Positions 49,371-61,007 of a stretch of DNA of 64,000 nucleotides are shown piece after piece; position 1 is the stretch's first letter; every line of letters starts with the position of its first letter. A model generated the notes under the pieces. It saw only the letters and a list, made by a program, of their open reading frames with translations. It did no database searches and had not been told where the DNA came from. This DNA is from Dipteris shenzhenensis (lineage: Eukaryota). Location of the stretch: assembly GCA_047967505.1 (NCBI GenBank), contig CM106538.1, one strand, 5' to 3'. The translations under genes were made by a program, and so were the position numbers.

Positions 49371-49395
49371 ATGATAGAGGCCTTTCTCGGGCACG

Positions 49396-49400
49396 GAGAG

Positions 49401-49470
<70 letters not shown>
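49396..49470. repeat. (GA)n microsatellite
   Basis: Directly visible; lies just upstream of the minus-strand gene. Confidence 0.97.
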
Positions 49471-49473
<3 letters not shown>

Positions 49474-49667
49474 CCTTGATAGCTCACTCACAAAGTGAGT
49501 ATCATTGGGAGGTGTAGCTTTTCCCAAAAGCATGTTTTTTTTGTTTTTTTAAAAGCTTGTTATTAAAAAAAACTTTTTTGGCTCCACCAAACATGGCCCG
49601 TTTTTAAACAATTTTTCTTTTAAAAAAAGTTTTTTTTTAATAAAAATTTTGTAAATAATTTTTTTAA

Positions 49668-49872
49668 AAATCTCCAAAAAAAGGGTGAAGTTGGCACCCA
49701 GAGGAGGGCACCGGTGCCCTGCTCTAGGCACCAACTTCACCCTTTTTTTGGAGATTTATTTGTTTAAAAAAAATTCTAAAGTTTAAAATTTTTTAAAATA
49801 AAAATAACAAAAAAAAGGGCAAAGTTGGCGCCCTGCTGTGGGCGTCAACTTTGCCCTTTTTTTTGTTATTTT
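49668..49872. repeat. Two adjacent related hairpins
   Basis: 27-bp perfect arms 49668-49694 / 49731-49757 around the palindrome AGGGCACCGGTGCCCT; 33-bp arms 49801-49833 / 49840-49872 with one mismatch. Confidence 0.95.
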
Positions 49873-51009
49873 CATCCCAAATTTGCTTTTCAGAAAAGTC
49901 CAAAAATGAAATAATTTGCACTAATTTTTTTACCCCCTAGCAAAGATCGTCCTTTTTGAGGGCCTTCCACTCCGAATTTGGCCAATGTTCCAAAAAGTAA
50001 TCTTTTTGAAATTTGTGCGAGATCTTGTTATGCCGTCGATTTTCCTTAAAAAAGTTTGGAAATCGGAGTTGCTACGAAAAAGTTATGGCTGTTTTACTCT
50101 TTGGCAAAAATTCTATGTAATTTTTACTAGTTTTTATGTTTTTCTATAGGCTTGCTTGCCTTTCACATGAATCATCTATACTTTCTAACTGTTGCATAAT
50201 TGCGATTCTATGCCAAAAGCCAAGATGCTCATTCTTTGGGGGTTTTTAAAAGCTTTTATTGTTTTTTGGGGTGGAGGTGGGGGGTATAGCTGTTTTTTAA
50301 AATATTTGACAACAAACAATTACAAAAAATGGCATCTTCACCCTTACACCTATTCTTGCATTAAATACTCATAGAATGCTATTTGTCAGACATCAACTAT
50401 ATAAAGACCCCCCCCCACACACACACACACACATCTCTCTCAAGCTCTCATTCTCTCTCAACTCCTCCTCCATACCCTAGCTCTTTGTCCGTCTCTCTCC
50501 CCCCCCCATCTTACACCTCTCTCTCTCCCTGGGGCGCCAACTCCCTTTAGTTAAAAACCTATCAAAATCTTGAGTATGATATGAATTTAACAGTATGCCA
50601 TGAGTAGAAAGTATTCAAATTAACATGGTTGTGTTCTACACTTAAAGAGCTTCAAATATGTCTTTACACCTTAAAATTTGGGCAGCACATAAAGAGGTTA
50701 CATTAATTTGAAAGGATATGGGTTTTCATAATTTAGTGTATTTTTTGTTCCCCCCCCCTCATCCAAAAGACCCCCCCCCTTGGGCCTCACATATTATGAA
50801 AAATATGTACAAATCTTAAAATCTTGCATATTTTTCAACATATATACCTTATATTTTGTGGGAGGGGGGACATGGAATTTTCATATTTTTTCCTTGCATA
50901 TTTGAAAATTTTAAAGGAAATCCATGCATATTATACAATGGACCTTGTCCCCCCATACCCTAGATTTTTTATGACGATATTAACATATTACATATTGAGT
51001 TGGTGTCCC

Positions 51010-51048
<39 letters not shown>

Positions 51049-51050
<2 letters not shown>

Positions 51051-51790
51051 TGGCCGGCCCAACTGGTGTAGAGTCTAGCAACCTCAACAAAGTGCAGATC
51101 TATTTGAACTCCCTCTCGTCGGAGCCAATGATATGATATGCAAATGGTGGAACCATTGTGCTAAGTGAAAATGACCCCGTGATAGGCAAGGGCATTCGTG
51201 TGATGGCCATCACACATGTAAATAGCCACCTGCAGAGTATGCAAGTGGAAGCCATTCAAGCGGGTGGATTGGGGCAGTTGTACATGCTGGACACGTAGTT
51301 ATCACGTGACTATGTGCTCGAGAGAGGAAAGAGTGCACCTGCCCACACTCCACCCACAATAGATCTCACCCAAAGTCTAGCCAATTTGAGGCAGAGACCA
51401 TGCGAGTTGGACCCATCATTCCGAGCACAAGGGAAGGCAGACATTGCACAAGCTACACCCACAATAGATCTCACGGCTAGCCCAAGAAGCATGAGCTTGA
51501 GGCCAAGTTCAAGCCATGTTGAACAACCATTAGGAGGCCATGGCATGGTACTGATCGATGATGACAATGATACAATAGCTGCAATGGAGGATCCTCAAGC
51601 AGTCATTAGCATGTTGTCGTACATCAAGTCTTCTAGGGGACGTCATCGATTGCTTCATGAACTGTTGTACAATTCAACCATAGTGGAGAAGTTGATGGAA
51701 GTTCCGACAATGTACAACGGAAACGTTGTGTTAAAATTGCTGCCCATGCCACATGGAGCGAGTGCAATGGATGGAGTTAAAGGGTTATAT
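51049..51790 (+). pseudogene. 5' part of a putative transposase-associated gene (MULE/SWIM-like family)
   Basis: ATG follows a (CT)n tract; VPTMYNGNVVLKLLP..MDG pattern recalled from repeated TE-like proteins of non-seed plants. Truncated. Confidence 0.4.
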
Positions 51791-52961
51791 TGCAATGGTA
51801 TATTATATTTAGCATCAAGCAAGTCATTCGGTCAACAGTTATCGGGTCACCTTTATAAATATTGATGTGAATACGGTTTTTGGAAACACGAATACAATGA
51901 ATGATCATGTGAGCATGTAATCATGACATACAAAACCCTAACTATGCTAGTGGTCTAGCCGCACTATGTCCATGAAGTCAAGTCTAAATAAACTTTGTGA
52001 GATGCACAAGACCATCATTTTGTCATGGGCGAGGAAATTTTTTGACTCTTTCTTCAAACTAAATGATGAAAGAGTGTGTAAGAGGTAGAGTCGACCCCTG
52101 TAGTGATTTAGCCCTTTGGGTATACTACAAATTTTAAAATATGAGAATGATCTAGGAATACAGAGGGGCTATATTTATGGTGGCATGTGGTAGAGTACGC
52201 ACATAAAAGAGAATACTTTTATTGGAGTCAAATATACAATAGAACCTTTATTAAAAGGAATAAAAGTGCTATCTTCTAAAATCCAATGACTCCTAGCACA
52301 TTCTTAAAAGTGATTCCTCCCCTTGCTTTGATGGCCTTAAAAGTCCTTACCTTATCCCACACTCTATTAGCCCACCACTTTTGTTCTTCTTGGTTCTACT
52401 TTCCTTCCACTTTTTTGATTCTTAATTGAAAAGTACTATTGCTTGGCTCAAACTCAAAAGGAAATGTGTCACTATAACATATACGCTTTTGACTTGGGTC
52501 TTTCTCTTTCTCAAGCTTTGACATTCATTGTGTGTGTTTGTTTAGAATATTCAAGCAACATCTTGCTCTTGATTGGCCTAACCCATATTTTTCTAGGTCC
52601 ATATTAAAATTTAAATCTTGAGTGTTCAATCTTTGCATCAAATCATAAAAGCTTTTTACTTCCATCCTTGCATTCGGTGTGTGTATTTGTGTAGAATATT
52701 GAAGAAACATCTTACTCTTGATTGGGCTAAGTTTGCACATAGTGTAAATCTTAAGTGTTTGAATTGCATAGCCTTTTACTTTGATCCTTTTCTTTTGTCA
52801 CTCTTTTGTTATTGGAGAAACTTTGAGCCTAGGGGTGTGACATATTGAGGTCTACGAATATTTAAGAAAAAACAATTTTGTGTTAAGGGACTAGGATTGA
52901 ACCCACACACATGCGCACAACTAGCAGAGCGAAAGAGAGATGTGTTGTCATGACCGAGTTG

Positions 52962-52966
<5 letters not shown>

Positions 52967-53032
<66 letters not shown>
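52967..53032. repeat. (GA)n microsatellite
   Basis: Directly visible. Confidence 0.97.
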
Positions 53033-53034
<2 letters not shown>

Positions 53035-53368
53035 TGTGCTGGGGGATACCTGTTGAGTGAGAGAAGGGGCTACATGGAAAGAGAGAGGGGGCTTGGGATG
53101 AGATGAGGCCGCAGATGGAGGAATTATAGAGCCCAGAAACGAGGTTGGAGGCTTACATAGCCCAACCTTGGATACACCACCAGCATGGAGGTGTGATTCA
53201 CAGTAGGAATTACGTGTAGACTTGCAATGCCAATGCTTTTCCAATCTGCACGCAACTTGGATGCTTATTAAATTATGCAACTAGCTGAGCCTAGCAGCGA
53301 CTCTCCTTGCCACCACCCTCATTTCATAAGCTCGAGAAGCGGAGGGAAGTTGAAAAACAGCGGCGGCG

Positions 53369-54558
53369 ATGAATGCGAGAACGAATGCGAGTGTTGACAT
53401 GCCTACTTATTATACTGTGGGGTTGGCCTCCTTGCAGCTGCCTAGATCTCTTGTAGCAACCCTCATGGCAGCGCTCTACACCTTCTCCCTCTTTTTAACC
53501 TCTAGTTGGGGATGGGCACCCAATATCGAACCTCGACTGTTTGCCAGCGTGACAACAACTTTCTTGCCATTGCTCCAAGTTTCTAGGAGTATTAGGCATG
53601 TCATGGAAGCAGAGATCTTGTGACGGCACATCTTTAAAATTTTGCAATTGAACTCATGAGTTTGACACCCTACTTATATTGAAGTGCTGCAAGCATCCAG
53701 TGTTCCCACGAGTATGGTCTACGATCGTCAGTGATCAAAGCATGAAGGAATTGAACCCTCTTGAAATATGGCAGAAATGTTGCCACCTTGAACCACATTA
53801 CAAACTATTGAACCAGCCTTACAACAACAAACCGTCGAGTCTCAAGTGAGTTGGAGTTTTTGGAAACTCTCCTTGGAAGGCAAACACACGCTGTTTGTTC
53901 CAGGATTGGCTCCCAAGCACAAGCAATTGTGCTTCCTATACCACAAGATGTTCAAAATGCTCATCATTGGCCTACAAGCTGTTGGCAACGTGTTGGGCAT
54001 CGTGGAAATATGGATGGCACAACATCAGGACTTCAGTTCTATGGAAGCCATCACCGCATATGTGAGCATTTTGATGATTATCTTTGCAACCCTGAATTGG
54101 TTTGGATGCAGTCACTATCAAAGCCCTCTACTAATCCACACAAATCCTACCCAATTCTCACATTGGATTTCCTCCCAAAGACCCAACGTTCCTCAGCCTT
54201 CAGAGAGGATATCATTGGTGTTATTGCATTGGGTTCTATTGCTGCTATCTTTAGTTCCACGCTCTACTATGGTATGTACTACATGATGATTGGAAAGCAC
54301 CGGTGCACCCTGTGTTTCCTGGCAGCTCTCCTCTTATAGCTTGGGCAAAACTTATTGTTGGTAGCTACACTCACATTGGAAGAAGTTTTGGATGTGTCTC
54401 GACATTGGTGTCTCGGCTGCCTAGTTTTGTTAATGGGTCCGTTGTTCGTTATGAGAAGCATCATTATTGCTATGATAGGAACGATCACAGGATGGCACAA
54501 TTTTAATGAAGCATCCACATCCTTCTCTAAGTGGATCATACCCCATGTATTAGCATGA
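53369..54558 (+). pseudogene. Intronless relic of a multi-pass membrane protein, family unknown
   Basis: Successive overlapping ORFs with hydrophobic helices, interrupted by frameshifts and stops. Confidence 0.35.
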
Positions 54559-55527
54559 TACCACTCTAGTTCTCAACACCATTAGGCTCCTCTTTCAATT
54601 TTAAAGATCTATTACTTCACCCCAACTTTAAAGGAAGTGCTTCCATCCAAGTGTGCACTTTATGTTAGAAAGCACTTGTAGTAGACCACTAATGAGTGAG
54701 TTTCTAGTTATGTAGCTTGAGCACATAAAAAGCATTCACTTTGGTACATCCACATCCAATTCAAGCTCACTTTGACCCTCTTATAAATTTAAGATATTGA
54801 GTTTTACACACACATAAAGGGTGTCTTATCACATCTTGCCTAATTTAATGGCTAAAACCATAAAGGATCGATTATGAATGAAAGCATTCAAGTGTGATAA
54901 TAACATATTCATTGTTAAGGCAAGTTTACATCCAACTACTCTAGCAAATTATAGTTACCTCTATCCGACAGTATGGATAGGAAGATGACAGAATGAAAAA
55001 ATGGTATTTCTAATAAATTATAATCCTTCCACTCCTTCATTAGGTGGCATAAACATCCCTACTCACTTTCATTGAAATGTCCAAACTCCACCTATCTCAA
55101 GAAGTAGATAGAGCAATATAAGTATGAGATTGAAAGTTAGAGATCTCGAGAGATAAGCTTGTAAGAATCACCGGGAGGCTGCTGTTAGCCAGACCGTAGA
55201 GCAAACACTTTGTTAATGTGTAGAGATAGATTTTTTATCCAAGGATCTTTGTTGTGTTTGTATCTGCTCATCTTTTATTAGAGCTTCTCCTTTGTGTTCT
55301 AGTTGCCCACCTTGCTATATATATAAGTATATATATATATATACAAAACACTGAAGAGGCACATAAGTCTCTATTTTGCTAATATCTTGGTTCAATGAAT
55401 AGCTCTATTTGTTAAGGTAATACATGCCATGGCAATGTCCATGGATGTTTGAAGCATGAATGGTGGGACTAAGACACGAGCAATGCTTGAGTTTTGAGTC
55501 AAGTTAGACTTTTGTCAAGTTGCTTAG

Positions 55528-55659
55528 GGTATTTTCCATGTTGGGTATTGCTTATAATGCTCTCTTTGCTACCATTTTTCCACACTTTCATAGGTATTTT
55601 CCATGTTGGGTATTGCTTATAATGCTCTCTTTGCTACCATTTTTCCACACTTTCATAGC
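55528..55659 (+). repeat. Perfect ~65-bp tandem duplication
   Basis: GGTATTTTCCATGTTGGG...CACACTTTCATAG occurs twice. Confidence 0.95.
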
Positions 55660-56220
55660 TGTGGATTCTGAAAACGTTGCCTCCACGATGGGTGCACACA
55701 TCTTGTTCTAGTTCCTACACAAGATTGTGGAGTCATTGCTAGCTTTGAGGGAGCCAATGGAGCCATGGATGATTATTGTAGCATAATCCAAGATATTATT
55801 AATGGTCTTCCCTCTCTCCCACAACAACCCTCTACCAATAGACCTCCCAAAATGGTGCTCAAATTTTTGTCCTTCCTAGACTATGGGAATTGCCACAAAG
55901 ATTTGGATACCCATTTCTACACATAGGGCACATTTTTTGGTTGAGAGTGCTCATACTTTGGTGCATGTGTTTATTTGCAACGCCTATGTACTTCATTGAA
56001 GGATCTTTTTGTCATAGTTTGTCTCTTTTTTCTTGTCATTTTACCACGGTCTCACTTCTACCTCCTCATTTCAATTATATAATGAGCTAAAATTTCTCCC
56101 GATTGTTATTCATGGGGATCACTTTTGTCCTCCCACTTTCCAATATTATCCATTAACTTAAATCATTTCTATAATTGTACTCATTTGTGCATATCCACAC
56201 AATAACAAGATTTAATTAAA

Positions 56221-56262
<42 letters not shown>

Positions 56263-57169
56263 GCTTATCTAAAACTTTCAAAGAATAGAGAATATCTTTA
56301 TATGTATAAAAGGTTATATAGAAGAATGATGTAACAAAGGCTTCATGGGATAACACTCAAAAAATATGCTCAACATAATTCAAGAACTTAGAAGTAGCAC
56401 ATATGCTCAACATTTGCTATCACTATTTAACTTCTATATTGTATCTTACATATTAATAAATAATTTTATGTCATCATTAGGGAAATTTTTAACTCAATAA
56501 GGGCCTCATAAAGAGTGGATTAGCAAAATGGATTATGAACCAACAAGGTCTATAGAGGGTCTAATCACCCCCATATGAGTCCAAATTTCAAAAAGGTATC
56601 CTACCTGTACTAATTCAAAATCTTTGTTCCTTTGACTTTCAGTCCAAGAATCTATTTTTGAAATCCTCTAATCACTTCACTAGAAGGTTACTGTTGCGAG
56701 AAATCACCTTGCATATTGAAGTTGCACTAGAGTATACTATGACTCATCAAGGCACAATGAAGCTTAGATCAAGGTCCCTCAAGGAGCCCTCAAACAACAA
56801 CGTGCTACATTAACTAGGAGACTATAGAAAATAAAAAAGAACCCCTTGCAGTTACAAGCATAGGAACAAGGTTGTGGAAACCAATTTAGAGCTCGGCATA
56901 TGATGGTGGAGCAAGGAAGCATAGGGTGCAAGCTACACCATATGTATCTTTGGACTATTTTTACTTGTGAAGCATTACTTACAATCATGTAGTTGTGTAT
57001 TTTTCTAATGTCATATTTTTTATAGGACTTTTATGAATAGTGCATAAGAGAGAATTTATTTCCATTCTTAGGGATCCCTGTTGGCATGTACTACAACATG
57101 CACTATTGCAAGAGGTTGCAGCTAATTTAGGGAATATTGTAGACCCATCAAAAGTTGTCTGTGCATGTG

Positions 57170-57610
57170 ATGCTGCTAGCATTAGTAGGCAAGAGTACTT
57201 AGTTGTGTATAATGTTTTGTAAATGCATTTTGAGGTTAAGGTGTAAAGAATCCTTTATTACTGAGGCTAATACATGTTAGAAATGCAAGGGAAATTTTAT
57301 ATTCTATTGTCCAATATCTATGGGGTGGATTTAGACACATTTTAAAAAGCATGATGTTGGAAGAAGGTACAAATAAGATGAAAGTATTTATACTCTTGCC
57401 TACTAATGCTGCTAGCATTAGTAGGCAAGAGTACTTAGTTGTGTATAATGTTTTGTAAATGCATTTTGAGGTCAAGGTGTAAAGAATCCTTTGTTGTAGA
57501 GACTAATATATGTTAGAAATGCAAGAGAAAAAAATTTATATTGTCTAATATCTGTGGGGTTGATTTATACACATTTTAAAATGCATGATATTGGAAGGCA
57601 CAAATAAGAC
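57170..57610 (+). repeat. ~237-bp tandem duplication
   Basis: ATGCTGCTAGCATTAGTAGGCAAGAGTACTTAG.. at ~57170 and ~57407. Confidence 0.92.
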
Positions 57611-58939
57611 AAAAGGATGAGAGAGCAAAAAAGAAAGGTGCACAAGGTACCAAGGAGGCAAAGCAAGGACCAAGCACCTTTGAGTACATGAAACATAACT
57701 TTGCATGTATGCAAGGTCCAAGCAACAATGGTAGAGTTTTATAGCATGAAAGCGTAGGTAAGTGACATTTCTCTTGTTATTTGAGCTACACTCTCTTAAA
57801 GGTCTTTTCTAATAGTATAAATCTTATAATGTTTCAAATTGTGAAGAAAAGTTAGTGTTTATTATCAAGTTGGATGAGTGTGAGGTTATGAAAGGCCACA
57901 AGTTGGAGAGTGTGAGTATTACTTTGATGAACTTGAACATGCCAACAATAAGTTAGAGAAGATTTTATTATTCAATCAAAAAGGCCCATTTGGTGTCTTC
58001 ATGAGAGTTGCATTTGAATTTCCTAAAATTCTTGAAAGGGGTCTTTGATAGATCTCCAATTATCATAGATGCCCACACCAAAGGAGAATTGCTTCAAGTT
58101 GAAGGATTTGGATCCTTCAAAGTTGAATGGAACATGTTAAGATACCTTGAAATGTTGAAGTGGATGTTCAAAATGGAACTGAGTACAAACACAACATATC
58201 CATGACTTTCTTGCTCATATCAACTCGCAACAACATCTTTGAGTAAATAGCAACACGAGTACAGAACAATGTAGAGGAAAAGGGGAAGGAAAGGGTAGCT
58301 TCATGGTTTAGGTAAATAACATATATTCGAGTCTAAGCTTTGTCTTCTCAAATGCATTTGATGTTGGCTTCTCTGTAGGTGATGGGCTCCGAGGGACTTG
58401 CCAACACTCCAAAGACAAACTTGTTAGAATCCAAACATGCAAGCTGGTTGGCATTGCAGGGTTACATAAGACAAATATCATTGTACGATGCTTGTGTTGG
58501 GGATTTGGCTATTACATTATTGAAAATTGCATGGTGTGAGCAACATGAAAGAGGAATGCATATTGAGTCAGGTTCCTTTTTGGAAATATTTTGCATTAGA
58601 TTGGTTAGACCAAGTCAAGTTATATTAGCTCGCATCAGATAGTCAAATTTGCAAATTTTGCAATTGGTGTTGCAGGTGTTGGCAATGACTCTACACATCT
58701 CCTTGGTGACCTTGAAAGTGCAAGAAACAAAAAAGGACTAGGTGAAGAATGGGGTATTAATGATATGAGTATGTGATTATTAGTGATGGGGTATTAATGA
58801 AGGATGGGGTATTAATGATAGCTATCAACATATGAGTATGTGGCGCATCTTAGAAGAGGACCTATAGCATCTTCTATTAGAGTAGAATCCTTTGATAGTG
58901 GAGAGAGGCCCCCACCTTCCTCCAACATTTGAGGAGAGT

Positions 58940-59413
58940 AGAATCCAAGTACTGTTGACAATATGGTACATGAACAAGAAATAGGAGATGTCTTCTGGTC
59001 CATACGCAGGGTTGAGAGGCAAAGCAAGGTGCACTGTCAAGCATGGCTCTCACTTATTGGTCACATGTGTGAAAAGCTAATGAATGACAATCAACATGTG
59101 CAAAATGTGGCACCATGCTTTGGCGTGCTTTAAAGGAAGATTGGAGCACAATCAAGGTCAAAAGGTACAATTTTTTTGGTTTTATGGAGATGATGTCTCG
59201 AATGTATGGTCACCAGGTAATAGAATAATTGGTGCATCACCTCGACCTGTGACATGGCCAATGCAAAGGGGAATAAACTTGATGTCTCTTGAAGCAACAA
59301 AATTGCATGCATCGGGCTTCATTCTTCGTGTCCATGATCTTTCCAACATTAATGGAGGTATTGTGTCCACCACAAATATGGTAGGTACAAAAAATGCATC
59401 TAAAATGAAGTGA
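58940..59413 (+). pseudogene. C-terminal fragment of a TE-associated protein, possibly the same family as 51049-51790
   Basis: WSIRR..VHCQAW..C..APCF / WFYGDD..PVTWPMQRGINL..E..L..SGFIL. Confidence 0.35.
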
Positions 59414-61007
59414 CATTCTTCCATTTCAAGGCTTGTGCAGAATGCATCGATTGCTCATTTGGGTTGCTAGCTTCATGCAACCCATGGATTGGTACATCAG
59501 TTGGATGCTAATGAAGAGTTCTTGGTCACCAGTTTTCCTTCCAACCCTGTAGTGTAGTGTGAATTTGTAGTGTACCAACATGCAATTGCGAAGGCTTCAC
59601 ACAACATCTGTCACACAAGGTCCATTTGAGCCTTGCAAGCATATGTTCTTTCTCTACATTCATGTGTTAGACTACATGATGATACACCAACCACACCTAA
59701 CATTAATAAAGGTTTTCTAGCTATTGCCTTAGGATTGATAGTGCACATAGTTCGGGGATGTTTTTAACCTTTGATAATAAATGCTATGCGGTTGTAGTTT
59801 TGGGATTATATCTATCAAGAATTGTAGTCCTCAAAATAATTATCTTAATGGATCAAAGAAATTGATGGTGGAACATGAAAGCACATGGGTTCATTTAAAC
59901 ATTGCACCCTTAACCACACTCAAGAGAGGGACCTTGTAACTTTGTTTGAACATTTGATTGCAATAGACTACATGGATTGTAAGTTTGATGATTGCAATTG
60001 CTATCACCAATGATGTTTGACTCTTTTTTTAAAAAAACCTATCAAACTCACTATAAAGAAACTCGTCGAAAAACCACCCCCTAATCAAAACTAGGATATC
60101 ATTAACTGAGGCAAGAGAATTTCCTGCTTGATCTACTGGTGGTGGAGGAGCTACAACTCTAATTGCTACCCAACATGTATTGACAAGTGTAGGATGAGTA
60201 GCTGGTGGGACAGGTGGGTCATACACAGATGGTATTAGATGTGAAGGAGGTGCCAAGGGAAACTTTATCCAGGGGAAACTGCACTAGAAGATTGATTGCA
60301 TATTTCACACCGGGCTTCATTTCAATGTAGAATACAGAGGGATTGTACCCAATCAGTGTCTATAGAACTCAAACCCACTTGCCTACAATCAAATGTGATT
60401 TCATATTATCATCATCATTAGAAGGCTAGGAACAGGAATGGCTAACAGTTGAACAAGGAGGACTGGATAGCAATATGCTACAATGGCTACTGTTATTACT
60501 TGGATGTTGAGACACGGGCCAAATACAGGAAAGAGAATCCATGCTTCTATACAACATTCCAGGGCAGAAAAAACAAGATCGCCCACATTACAAGCAGCTT
60601 CACAAGGATGTGGCCACATCACATGGTCCACTCAAGTTTAGCCTCAATTCCTACCAAAATCACTTCGGTCATCATTCAAGAGATTGAGGACAAGCAGAAG
60701 GGGTCCCTTAGCAGTTCCCTACGCTGTTCATGTTTCATGGACAATTTGGAATTAGAAAGTCCTCATCTTGACCAATTCAAGAGTTTAGAGGACATAATCT
60801 CTATCAACGCAGTCAAGAGATCTCAGCTCACACTCCACCATGGAAAAGGTGGGTCCAAAGGCAGGATTCACAAGCCAGAGTGTCAAGAGTAAGAAGAAGG
60901 CAAAGGAAGCTACTTTGAAAATCTCCAATTGAATTTTAGTTACGTTTGTCACAAATATTTTACTTGGTTGATGAGCTCATCACCCAAGCTTCGTCTCGAC
61001 TGATAAG

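Noticed and set aside
59440-60900. Possible gypsy gag/protease relics
   Set aside because: Too degraded to assign from sequence alone.
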